From positions 86,614,001 to 86,678,000 of the forward strand of contig NC_043000.1 of the NCBI RefSeq assembly GCF_006345805.1: a stretch of 64,000 bases of DNA, written 5' to 3'. The translations under genes were made by a program, and so were the position numbers. This stretch comes from Octopus sinensis. Its lineage: Eukaryota. The notes below the pieces were generated by a model that made no database searches, had not been told where the DNA came from, and saw only the letters and a list, made by a program, of their open reading frames with translations. Below, in pieces: positions 28,817 to 41,132 of this stretch (its first letter is position 1; each line of letters opens with the position of its first letter).

Positions 28817-29708
28817 ATAAGATCTGATCAATAAGTATCCAGACTGTTGCTATGGTAATGAAGCTGAAGCATGCAGAGTAAAGTCACCTGGCACAGATTG
28901 ATTTTGAACTCTGCTGTGCATGTGCACTAAGGTTTAACATTCTAGCTTTCTTCCACTGTTTACAGCAGTGCTTCGTAGGAAGGTGTGTAACATGCTATCG
29001 TTGCATTGATCATCACAGAGAAAGTTGTCATGGCGATACCTGCACAGAAGCCTGCACAATTTTGCGGAAAGTGTATGGAGAGGCGTATGGGCCGCACACA
29101 AGTGTATGAATGGTTCTGACGTTTAGAAGATGGCCGAAAAAATGTCAATATTGACGAATATTCTGGAAGACCTGCTATCAGCAGAACTGAGAAAAACATT
29201 GCAGATATACATGCAGCTGTGAGGGGAAATCATTGAATCACCATCCATAAGTTATCAGAGAATGTGCAGATTAGTTACAGTTCAGTTTAGTCCATTATCA
29301 CTGAAGATTTGGGTATGAGATGCGTCTCTGCTGAGTTTGTGCCAAAACTGCTTCCAGGTGACCAAAAACACACTCTGGTTTCAGTTGCACAATATTTCCT
29401 TGATTGTGTTGAAAATGATGAAAACTTTTTGAAAACTTTGTGTTAGCCTCTCAGCAGGTATTGCCAAGCTTTTGGCAAAATTTGATGTAGATTCTCTGCT
29501 CAACTTTGTCATCATCAATACAGTGATCACATGCTACATTCCTTCCTTCCAAGCACTGCCATAAACAGCAGAAATGAGCTAGAACATTAAAACTTAGTGT
29601 GCATGCAGAACAGTATTCAAGGTCAATCTGTGCCAAGTGGCTTCACTCTCTTTGCCTTACCTTCGTTACTATAGCAACAGTCTAGATACTTATAGATCAG
29701 ACCATGTA
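28817..29708 (+). mobile_element. Fold-back non-autonomous mariner derivative, copy 1
   Basis: About 210-bp inverted arms starting gatctgatcaataagtatcc. The interior encodes a decayed mariner N-terminus (RTQVYEWF...SGRP...EDLGMRCVSAEFVPKLL) with no DDD domain. Confidence 0.9.
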
Positions 29709-29719
29709 TGTATGTGTGC

Positions 29720-29760
<41 letters not shown>

Positions 29761-30253
29761 GTATGTATGCATCACTCTGTTAGGACAATTGAATACATTC
29801 ATGCATATGAATAGATGTGCAGATGAGCAAGTAAGTATGTATATATATATATATATGCATAAGTATACATGGGGATATGCATATATATTGCTATATTTAT
29901 ATATTGTTTATACACATAACCCTCCCTATAGATGGTTATACGTATGGAAAAATGCATCATCTTTATGTATTTTTCTGGCTGTACAGGTAATGCTATGCAT
30001 TTATGTGTATACATTTGTCTACAATAATATAGATAGCCTTACTAGAAAGAGTCTAGAAAATGCCCAAAATATTTATAGTAACATAATCTCCTCAGTCCTA
30101 ACCTTCACTAAACACAGTTTAACATTTTTTAATTTCACCAACACCAATTCTACCTCAGTCTGACCTATGCTGCATGACCAACTGATTTATCTACATTCTT
30201 TTGTAAACCCTAAAATACTATAAAATCAAACTTTATATATATATATATATATA

Positions 30254-30623
30254 TCTCTATATATAAACGGCAGTTTGTCTGTGTGTGTTTCTGTGTGTCT
30301 GTTTGCTTGTACCCTCACCCTGACCACGGCTTTCAACCGATTCTGATGAAACTTGACACACACATAGCCCAATGTCATAATTCAAAACTAACGCAGCGAA
30401 AATTTTGAAAAGTTCCCCCAGTTCTGAAAAAAATCGATAAATTCGACATGGGGTCGAGAATCAGAAACACAAACCACAGACTGTCTAGGGGCCGCACATC
30501 GACCTTTTTAACTAAAAAAAAAATTTACCATCATTTTTTCCCAATTTTTTGGCTATAACTATCTAAAAATGCTTTATAGTTATTTCCCTTACAAACCCGA
30601 GCAACGCCGGGCGATACTGCTAG
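30254..30623 (+). mobile_element. Young non-autonomous Helitron
   Basis: 5' A|TCTCTATATATAAA, a (CTGT/GT)n stretch near the 5' end, subterminal GC hairpin cccgagcaacgccggg (30596-30611) and 3' CTAG|T; inserted at an AT site inside (TA)n; CpG-rich. Confidence 0.88.
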
Positions 30624-30646
30624 TATATATATATATATGAAGTTTG

Positions 30647-30689
<43 letters not shown>

Positions 30690-32350
30690 GCATGACAGTT
30701 TCCACCCACTATATTTCACACACAAGGTACTGTGAACTTGAGACACTTGTGCAAGGTGCCATGCTATGCAGCTGAACATAAAACCACATATCAAATTTCT
30801 TAACCACACCACCATGTCTCTACCTATACAAGCACACATTTAATCATTCTATCTCCCACACAGGCCTTATACACGTATACACACTCAGCTTATCTCTTGT
30901 GTAAATCTGCAAGATTTATGTGACGGATTATTTTCCTCAAGTTGGGTCACTTTTCTCTCATGGTTTTAGAATATTCACACTGCACATGTAATATCAAGGC
31001 TACATCTTTTTTTTTTTTTTCTGTGTTTTAAGCAGAGTAGAATATGGACCACATTTATGCTTTTATGAAGTGAAATTATTTTCAACAGATATCTTCTGGT
31101 AGTCCCAAAAATAGTTTATTACTTAATGCAGTCAGAAAAATAAGCAATTAACACTACTTAAGGTGAATGAATGCAACAAGAAAAATATTCATCAATGGCT
31201 GATAGTTTTTCATTTTATCAGCAAGGTAAAAGCTCAAGACATATTTTTTTCTAACCCAAGATATATTGCTTCTATATTTTAATATTATCATTTGTGTAAC
31301 TTCATCATAAGTTAGTAAACTTATAAATAAATAATATACAGGTATGTATATTGATGTGCATGGAAAAACAATTGTTAAGGAATTAAATATTTCCACTCAG
31401 CAACCAATAGGTAAATAGTTGTTAGTATATTTAATGCATGGAGCATTTGGAAATCTAAAGTGGAATAAATAAGCATTTCAAATATGCTGACAATACTCTT
31501 TATCGCACAGGTGGTATCTCAGAATTGTTTAATTTCTGAACAATGCTATTGAAGCACTGTTTCAATTAGTGGGTGAAAAAAGAGAAAATTTAGTTGCTAT
31601 CTAAATTTTCAATACATTATCTACTTAGGAAGTAGAATAGTTTCCTTTTCTTTCTTGATAACTATCTTTTCTGCTCATTCTTACTTTAATAGACCAGTCT
31701 CTGACTTCCTATAATGTTTTTACAAAGTACTTTGTATGCTGTTTTAATAGAATGAGGCCTCTGACTGTTTCTACTGACTTCGCTAAGTTCCTTATATTCT
31801 TTTCTTCCTCTTTTGTTTCACCTAAGGGGAATACTTTCTAATGCTCTAATGAAAGCAGCCTGTTTACAAGGATGGAAGCAACCAGCATAAACTTGATAGT
31901 ACTAAGAAAGAGCTATTTGTATCATAAGACATGTTCTTCAGTGGTAGTGTTATAATGGATGTAACTGTTTGACTCATCCTGGTAGCGGGGGACTTGAAGT
32001 GTATTTAAAATCTTGTCACCCTGATGAAGCAAACCTGTAACTAAAAAAACATTTCAACTTTCACCATCCAATTGTTCCTATTAGATAAAATACATTTTAG
32101 CTACATTATCCAATGTATGATTTGAGAGCCCTCACAGGATGAACGATACACAAAAGTTCCTTCACTGGCTCACAGATGATAGTATCATATCCTAGTGGAA
32201 TAACAATCCTATGAATTCCACCAGATTGCTATTCTCAAATAAGAGTCAATTAGAAAATGAGAAGCAATGGTGTTAGTAATTTAGGTTATTTTGTGAGCTG
32301 TTGTAAGTTGTAGGTACCTGAAAATTGGAGGTGAACAATTTGATGCTTTA

Positions 32351-33235
32351 TGTGGTCTGATCAATAAATATCCGGACTGTTGCTAAAGTACCAAAGCCAA
32401 AGCATGGAGAGTGAAGCCACTTGGCACAGATTGACCTTGAATACTGTTGTGCACGCACACTAAGTTTCAATGTTCTTGCTCACTTCTGCTGTTTAAAGCT
32501 GAGCTTGGAAGGATGGTGTGTATTGTGTGATCATCGCATTGAACATGACAGAGAAAGTTGAGCAAAGAATCTACATCAAATTTTGCCAAAAGTTTGGCAA
32601 TACCTGCTCAGAGGCTTACACAAATATTTCATTGTTCTCAACACAATCAAGGAGATCTTGTGCAACTGAAACCAGAATGTCCTTTTGGTCAGCTGAAAGC
32701 AGTTTTGGCACAAAGTTGGCAGACACACATCTTTTACCCAAATCTTCAGTGATAATGGACTGAACTGAACCGTAACTAATCTGCACATCCTCTGATAATT
32801 CATAGATGGTGATTCAATGCTTTCCCCTCACAGCTGCATGCACATCTGTGATGTTTTTCTCAGTTCTGCTGGTTGTGGGTCTCCCAGAATGTTTGTCAGT
32901 ATCAACATTTTTCAGCCATCTTGGAAACATGTGAACCACTTGTGCACTTCTGTATGGCTTACACACTTCTCTCCATACACTTTCTGCAACTTCATGTAGG
33001 CCTCTGAGCAGGTATTGCCATGACAGCTTTCTTTGTGATGGTCAATGCAATGATCACGTGCTACATACCTTCCTTCCATGCATGGCTGTAAACAGTGGAA
33101 GTGAGCTACAGCATTAAAACTTAGTGTGCATACACAGGAGAGTTCAAGGTAAATCTGTACCAGGCAGCTTCACTCTGCATGCTTCAGCTTCGTTACTATG
33201 GCAACAGTCTGGATACTTATTGATAAGACCTCATA
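32351..33235 (-). mobile_element. Fold-back non-autonomous mariner derivative, copy 2 (opposite orientation)
   Basis: Reverse-complement homologue of 28817-29708; its left arm reads MTEKVEQRIYIKFCQKFGNTCSEAYT on the + strand. Confidence 0.9.
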
Positions 33236-33645
33236 TGTTGGCCAAGGTGAAAAATCATGATGATTGACACAGGTTTGTGGACCATTATAAAGTGAGACAA
33301 TGAAAAAAAGGAACAAATTTTATGGAATTTTGTAATACAAATTAGACACGTAACCCACTGACTTTAGACATTCTGCAAAAGTAACCAGCTGTGTGGGACT
33401 AAGAACTAAATTGTTATTCTAATACTCAATGACATGTTTTCCCCAAATTATATTAGGAGGAATTTCAGGCTGTTGTTTATTTTTAGGAACATCTTGGACA
33501 TAATACAAGACTTGAATACTAAAGTGTTAGTCTTTGTGAATGGGTATTATCATCTAATTTTTGTGGCAAATGCTAATAGACAATGTGATTATAATTTTAT
33601 CAAAAATTGATATCTTATTTCCAAACAATGCTAAAAACGTAAATT

Positions 33646-33727
33646 GAATATCAAAAATCTATCAAAAAAATAGAATATCAAATATCTATCAAAAAAATAG
33701 AATATCAAATATCTATCAAAAATAGAA
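33646..33727. repeat. 27-bp minisatellite, 3 copies
   Basis: gaatatcaaa(a/t)atctatcaaaaaaata at 33646, 33673 and 33700 (the last is 2 bp shorter). Confidence 0.9.
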
Positions 33728-34608
33728 AAAAAATTTCTATAATCATTCACCAACTAATAGTGTAAATAACTTTGAATCCCTCACAATATATTAAAAATAC
33801 TAAATTCTCATTGATTAAATCTGTTTGCTCCTCTACAAACAACAAATATAATTTTGTAAAAGGCTATCTGATTAACACTTAACACAAAAAATATAACCAA
33901 TATAACTATTCCTCATCTAAATATAAGAATTAGTATTTCTTTCCATTTAAAAAATATATTTCTAGCACTTCTGATATCAATAGTGTTTCACATGATACTT
34001 TTCAATTTGCTGATACTAACTTTATGCCTCACAATAAGTCATTTACTAATGTAAAGAATGGCTCAATTCATTCAAAATGATAATAGCCTGTCATTGAATA
34101 GTACTAATTTAGCCTGTATTATAGCAACATTAAATTGTTATAAATTAAATAAGAATGATATTTACAGTAAACATCCCCCAAATTCTAATAATTCTCCTGC
34201 TAACTATAATTCATATAATAATATAGATCATAATCTTAGCCATGTTATGTGGAAGACTAGTCATTAATAATGCTAGTACTCATAGTAATTATGTACGAAA
34301 TTATGTAAGTATGCATTTCGTGGGACTTATCTAAATGAAACAATTGTTGAATACAATAAAAATATGAACTATATGTGAAATTTATATGTATCTGTTTTTA
34401 GGTTAGATTATCCTTCAATTGATAAGATTTTAGTATAAACATTTTGAAAATTATTTCAATCATCACCATTTTAATTTTACTTTTCCATACTTACATGGGT
34501 CAGACGAGGGTATGTTGGGGCAGAATTTTCAACTGCCAGATGCCCTTCCTGTCACCAACTCATGCCTATTTCTAAGTGAGATAATAATCTGAACAACAAA
34601 CAGCTCAG

Positions 34609-34830
34609 ATCATCATCATCATCCAGTATTTTTAAATCTGGGTTTTGTCCCCGTTAATGGGGGTGACTGGATCTACCTCAATGCCATAGCTACCTCCCTC
34701 ACACTGTCTTGTCACCTTGCCTGGTTTTGGGCCTCCTCCCTTCTCTAGCCAACCCTCCTTTTCCACCTGTCCCCTCCACATTTTCCTTATGCTTTCATAA
34801 TCGACTGCAAGCAAGCACCATTAGCAAAGC
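34609..34830 (-). mobile_element. 3' end of another (GAT)n-tailed LINE (RTE-like)
   Basis: Minus strand reads ...RKMWRGQV...PVTPINGDKT followed by ctggatgatgatgatgat; the 3' sequence differs from the family at 59775. Confidence 0.55.
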
Positions 34831-35361
34831 CATTGTTTACAAACTAGTGGGAGAAATACACATGTAAATGAGACAAATATACAGAATGACTCTACACATG
34901 CACATTTGCATGCACATGCACACACACACATAATATGTGGCAGGCTACTTTCAGCTTACATCTATCAAGTACCCTTACAAGGCTTTGGTCACATAGGGGG
35001 CTATGGTAGAAGACACTTACTCAAAGTACCATTCTGTGGAACTGAACCTGAAACAACTATAAGGTTGTTAAACTCTCTTTAAAAATTTTAGAGCACTGGA
35101 CATTCCAAACAGATACTCTACATTGGTGCAATGGTATATAAGTTCCTGCAAAGAATAATTGAAATTCTTTTCTTCAGTATGATTCTGTGAAGTTACACAC
35201 CAGGTGGTTCCAAGCTGTTTACATACTAATGTAGTTCACTTTCTTCTGGATCTAAAACAACTATCTACAGATTTACACAAAATTTCCTAAGCCATATGTC
35301 TGTGGATTCACTACATCAGATAAGGTCAGGTATTTTGGCTTGTAAATACATGTGCATGTGA

Positions 35362-35438
<77 letters not shown>

Positions 35439-35455
35439 ACTGTAAATCTACATAA

Positions 35456-36060
35456 ATGAGTCATGACAACTCCACCATTATCTTTTCCATTCTCCATCTT
35501 TCCAATCATCTCAAGTCCTTTACATTCAAGGCCCATGTCTCGTTATCATGCAGCATCTCAGTTCTAACACAAGCACCATACAATCTCCCCTTCACTCTGG
35601 GAGAAAGACCTTTGTTGCCAGTAGCATCAGTAGTAGCTCCCTGAACCTTTTCCAACTTGTTCTTAACCTGGCTTCTATACATTCAAATGAACCACCTTCC
35701 TTGTTAATTACATTGCCTAGAAAACAAAAGCTATCAATTACATCTAGTGAGCCATCTAGGCATTTAAGAGAAAATATTTCTGGTTTGCACATAGTTTGTG
35801 TTGCTCCAGTGCATGTGTCACATGCAAAGTTTATTTTCTCTGTTAGTCTGCCTGTGAATTCACACCTCTTGAGTCCATAGCTTACATTGAGTAGTGTGTA
35901 TGGAGTTAATATTAACTTTTCTTCATATCAAGCAAGGCCATTTCCCTAAAGATACTAGGGTTCAGGTCTTCTTTCCTACTTACTAAAATCTTCAGCTTTA
36001 CTAATATTACTTTGAGGCCTCTTGATTCTAGGTTTAGCTTCCATGCCTGCGAATTTCCTA
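35456..36060 (-). mobile_element. Non-LTR retrotransposon (RTE-like) ORF fragment downstream of the RT core
   Basis: Cys/His segment TQCKLWT..RC...GRLTEKINFACDTC, then SLDVIDSFCFLGNVINKEGGSFECIEARLRTSWKRFRELL, matching the V..F.YLG..I...G....I..RI...W..F region of LINE RTs; frameshifted. Confidence 0.8.
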
Positions 36061-38508
36061 ATTCCGCTGTAGTTTCAGCTGTAAGATATCATGCACACAC
36101 ACACACAACCCTCTCATATCTGCTATTACGAACCACCCCACTTTTGTCCCCCACTCTCCCACCTCACATATCATCTCTGTATTTCCGATGTATCTACAGG
36201 CCTATACTGCTGTATTGCCACTTATCACGTCCTCCTTCCTGAGCTGCTCTTTTTTCTTTCACCTCCTCTCCTTACTGATATTTACCATTGACTACATATC
36301 TACTCTTGTTCATCATGCGCTACATTTATCTTTAACCATCTGTCACTTTCTTTTCACACTTTAATGAACTTATCCACCTACCCTTACTAATTTTTGCTTG
36401 TCTTCTTTCTTGTACTCGCCTTCTTGTATCTTGAAAGTATGCTTGGACAGTTCATCACCACCATCACAGTCTTCCTTCCAGTTACTTCCACCCTTATATA
36501 ATGTGGTATAGCCATGCATCTGCTCTGCAGCAAAATACTTGTTTCTGTCCTTTTATCATACTTTAGCCTTTCACCATCTGACAGACTGCCACCCTTTCCA
36601 CTACTCAAGTCAGTCAGTGGTGGGGTGGTGCTTTTTCTTTGTCTTGCATATCACTTGGCAACCTCACTAGTGCCAGTATCATGACAAATGCACCCAGTAC
36701 ATATTCTAAGGTGAGTAGTGCCAGGAAGAGCATCCATCACAGAAGCTGCACCACTTGATCCTGATGCTGTCCTCCATCCCACCAGATCCTGTAAAGCCAT
36801 CCAACCCATACCAGCATGGAACATGGATACTAAAGGATACATACATGGACATCAGGGTTATCATGTGTTATTCAGGCCCAAACCTTTATCAGGCTCCTTT
36901 GCCATGCTGTATATATGTTGGAATTCTATTTATCAGCATCCTATTTATTGATATCATGTCACTTCGTAATTATCTTTCCTTATTCAGAAATTCCTTGAAA
37001 ACAATGTTGCATAATTTTCCAGAAGGAACATAAACAAAAAGATTGCTTGAACTTAAGTCTTTTATGTGTATGTAAGCATCAATATGAGATGATATATATA
37101 TATATATATAATATTTAAAAGCAGTTATGTTTAGAATATTTACTGTTACAATATATTTTATTCATTGGGATGAGTGTCATCAGAAGTACCTATTCAACAT
37201 CTGCTATAAGCAGCGATATGTTGTAGTTCTACTATATTAGAACTTTCAGTCTAAAATAAGTACAAACTATTATGCCTCACACAATATCTGTGAAACAAAT
37301 GTGTTGCAGAGATTAAAACTTAAAAGAGAGATATTTATTCTTAATTTAAAAGAAAAGCAGCCCACACTCAGATGTTTAATTGGTTAGGTGTCCAACTGGT
37401 TGGTGATAAATATGTGATTGGCATTTCATCAGCTGTTCTGTTTTATTTAGTTGTTGTTGTTTTTTGTTCTTTTTAACGTTTAGTACATAATGTGTGTGCA
37501 CACATTTATATTTCCACATCTAACTACTCATGTACCGGCACATAAAATATCACTGTTTTCTATTATTTTGTTGGCAAGGATAAAAATACAGTTAGTAAAG
37601 CAGGCATGAAATGAAAAATGATAATAGCAATGCTGTTGCATCTTGCTATTTATCTTACATTTCTGCTGAATGACTCAAATTCAGCTTGCACTAAAACAAC
37701 AACTAACATTTAGATATGTTGTTTCAGCTAATTAAAGTGATTGTTTTTGTAAAAAAAAAAAAAAAAAAATGAATAACAGAAATCCACAAATTGTTTTTTA
37801 TACCATTTTTTAAAAAATAAAGTGCATGAAATAGTTGTAATATAAAAATGTAAAAACTTCTTTTTAATTTAATATGTTAGATGAATCTTTTTAGAAATTG
37901 CTTCTGTAAGGAAGAGTGCTGTTAGACAGATAAGAAATGAGAACTGTTAATGGTAGACAGTTTCTGATAAATGTTCATTCTTCTGTAGAGTACTTCTCAG
38001 GGGAAAGAAAAATTCTTGTATTATTTTAATTGTAGTGAAGATGCTGTTTCTGAGAAAAGAAAAATCAAGACACCAAAAATAAATGATCTTAGACATTGAA
38101 AAGTTTCCTATTTCTCTATAAATTCAATCTTTTTAACAGAATGATAATCTAAAAACTAAGTTAAGAATGCTAAACTAACAGGAATATGTTTTGAACAATT
38201 AAAAATTAAAATACAAACACACATATATGTCAGCATCATTGTCATTTAAATGTCCACTTTGCCATGCTTGTTTGTATGGGTCAGATGGAATTTATTGCAG
38301 CAGATTTTTTTATGGCCAGATGCCCTTCTTTTCACCAATTCACTCCCGTTTTCTCAGAATACTAGAAATAAATGACATTGTGGGACAGTGACACTCATAA
38401 TTCCCACATGATGTCAAAACAAGGTGACACACACACACTTGTGGGACCAGATTTGAAACCATGTTGTTAAGAGGCAAAATTTTCAAACATACAGCTATGC
38501 TTGCACTG

Positions 38509-38551
<43 letters not shown>

Positions 38552-39740
38552 ACTATTTAGTTTTGGGATACAATTCATAAAATATTGAATTCCTACTATT
38601 TGTAATATTTCAGTTTTAAGGTCTGAAACCCACGTCTTGATGACATTTTAATCTAATTTATTTTTCATGTATTATTTTAACCAATCAGAGACCTGTAGTC
38701 TGTTTCATGTCTTTGGGCTTCTGCAACCATGAACAGACTATTTTACCTCTCCCTCTCTCTCTTTTTTTCACCTTGATCAAACAATCTGTTCTCCTGGCTA
38801 TCTCAAATTATAAGACACATTGGGCTCCATAAAAAAATCATTTGCTGATTTCTATTTCCACCAGTTTATAAACACATACATATTTTTATAGTTGCACAGC
38901 ACAGTATGTATCTATAGGCACATTTTTTTTTCTATGACAGGACAGTTTGTTTCTTTTTAAGCTCATTTATGATAACAGATAAGAGACTTCCCACCTATGT
39001 CAAAACTTAATGTTATAACTACAATATTAGTTATTACACCAGTTTTTTTTTTATTTTTATTCTTAGGTAACCATATACTTACAGCAGTTTCCTTCAGGCT
39101 AACAACCCAACTCTCTGGTTTTCACTTAGCTCTTTTCAGTTCACTTTCCTGCAGACCCACTTGCATGAAAGCACATACAATAATCATATCCTACAGATTC
39201 ATCTGTATGCATTATGAAGATTCATTTACATATTATACAAATATGCAGATCTCCCAACACATTTTGTAACTTGCACAGGGGTGGTAAACTGAATTTTGGG
39301 GTAGTAGACTCAACCTATTGCCTAGTTTAACACTAGCATCTAGTCCACTCTGTTGCAAGCATATGGGCCAGATCTTTGGTTTAAGGGTACCTCCCTCCCT
39401 TCTGAATAAAGATTTAAAAAAAAAAAATACATGGTAGATTTCTGTCATTCCATTGACTATATCACCATTTGTATCTTTCAATTCTGTTGATATATCTGCA
39501 TAATCATTCAGTGTTTTGCTACCTATTGTTTCATATTGATTCTTATTCATTGTTGCTTCTCCAATAATCTGGAAGGAGCTTTGTGTAGTTACTTCATTTG
39601 GATGTCACTTTAGTTTAATAATTTCGTCACATGTTATATGTACAAATCTGAAATGAGTTGACTGTTAGTGATTTTTGACTATTTAAATTGTTTCTTTTCT
39701 TCGTTCCATTTAGCAGCAATCTTGAACAAGCTATTTTGCT

Positions 39741-39744
<4 letters not shown>

Positions 39745-39789
<45 letters not shown>
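39745..39789. repeat. (CT)n microsatellite; long (TA)n/(TG)n runs occur throughout (e.g. 8648-8710, 11126-11169, 19810-19890, 35363-35436)
   Basis: Directly visible dinucleotide runs. Confidence 0.95.
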
Positions 39790-39794
<5 letters not shown>

Positions 39795-40350
39795 GAAAAT
39801 CGGTTCCATTTTCTATCTTGAATCTTAAGTTGTGTTGATTTAAATGAGAAATCATTAGTCAATTGCTACTTCCGCCAGTTTAAAAACTTGTTGTTTGCTT
39901 TTATCTGTCTTCTGAGTGTTATCTATTTGTACACATTTGATGTACAAATATCACACTTTTTTTTTACATCTCAACATGAGCATATGTATGTGCATTCCAC
40001 AGCCTAATATACACATCTCACTTTTAATAATATTGTATAACAAAAGTTATTTTTTATTATTGAAGTTTCTTGGTTTGTATTTTCTAACCTGTACTCACAC
40101 CACATACTGTCAAACTACTGATACCAGGAAATAAAGGGAAAATGCTACATAATAACTGCTGTTATCTCTGCAATCATTCCCTTAATTTTCTTCAAGCCTA
40201 AAATGAAATGGTCTATTTTTTTTATACCCATTTTCCCTACTAATAGGTTTTTGAAGGTCTAAACATTTGCTTTTTTTCAATTGCTAACTACCTACTTGTG
40301 ATAGGGGATATGAAATTGGTCATGTTGATCAATATATACACAACTTAAAT

Positions 40351-40566
40351 ATTCATTTCTACTCTAAGCACAAGGCCCAAAATTTTGAGGGAGGGGCCAG
40401 TTGATTAAATTGAGATCAGTATGCAACTGGTACTTAATTTATTGACCATGAAAGAATGAAAGGCAAAGTTGACCTCTGTGGAATTTGAACTCAGAACATA
40501 AAGACAGACGAAATACTGCTAAGCATTTCGCCCGGTATGCTAATGTTTCTGCCAGCTCACCACCTT
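40351..40566 (-). mobile_element. Near full-length Meta-domain-like SINE with TSD
   Basis: Minus-strand head ggtggtgagctggcagaa...gagttcaaattcc and core ggtcaactttgcctttcattc; flanked by acacaacttaaat (40338-40350) and acacagcttaaat (40567-40579). Confidence 0.88.
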
Positions 40567-40774
40567 ACACAGCTTAAATTTTGTTATAGATATGTCTGTA
40601 TCACAATAATGTAATAGCTGTAAGAAATCTTAATCCTTTTTGTTCTTATAAATCATTGCTAAAATTTATTTTCCCCGTTTTTTAAGTTGTCTCAAAATGA
40701 TTAAGTTTTTATATTTGACATCATACTAACTTCATCATTTTTCAAATATATTTGTAATATTTCAGATTGAGCTA

Positions 40775-40948
40775 AGGTGGCAAGTGGCATTCTGTCCATC
40801 TTTATGGCCTGACTTCAAATTCTGCTGAGGTCAACTTTGCCTTTCATCCTTTTGGGATCAATAAAATAAGTACCGTTTGAGTACTAGGGGCAATGTAATC
40901 AACTGCCCACTCCCTAAAATTGCTGGTCTTGTGCCAAAATTTGAAACC
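40775..40948 (+). mobile_element. Meta-domain-like SINE with TSD, ending about 85 bp before the exon
   Basis: Core gaggtcaactttgcctttcatcctttt...aataaaataagtacc; flanked by aatatttcagattgagcta (40756-40774) and agtattccagattaagcta (40949-40967). Confidence 0.88.
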
Positions 40949-41033
40949 AGTATTCCAGATTAAGCTATTGCCAGTTTAGCTATGCTAATTAAATAATTTT
41001 ATTACAGTGCCATTTTCATTTCATATATTTCAG

Positions 41034-41132
41034 ATCATGCCCGACTTCTATCATATACAACATAAAAAAGTAGCCAAGCGATCTATTTATGCCAGTAAAT
41101 CTCATCAAGTGGCCTTAGCAGCAGAACCACAG
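41034..41132 (+). CDS. FURIN: Internal coding exon of a furin-like proprotein convertase (peptidase S8 prodomain)
   Basis: Pyrimidine-rich acceptor ttttcatttcatatatttcag| and donor CAG|gtatgt; 99 bp, phase 0/0, open frame IMPDFYHIQHKKVAKRSIYASKSHQVALAAEPQ. It aligns without gaps to the human furin prodomain segment IFGDYYHFWHRGVTKRSLSPHRPRHSRLQREPQ (recalled from memory). Family call is strong; the exact paralogue (furin-1, furin-2 or PC5-like) is not resolved from 33 aa. Confidence 0.9.

Noticed and set aside
29708-30163. 151-aa ORF and similar YIYI/VCVC/THTH/RERE ORFs throughout
   Set aside because: These are translations of dinucleotide microsatellites and SINE interiors with no coding signature.
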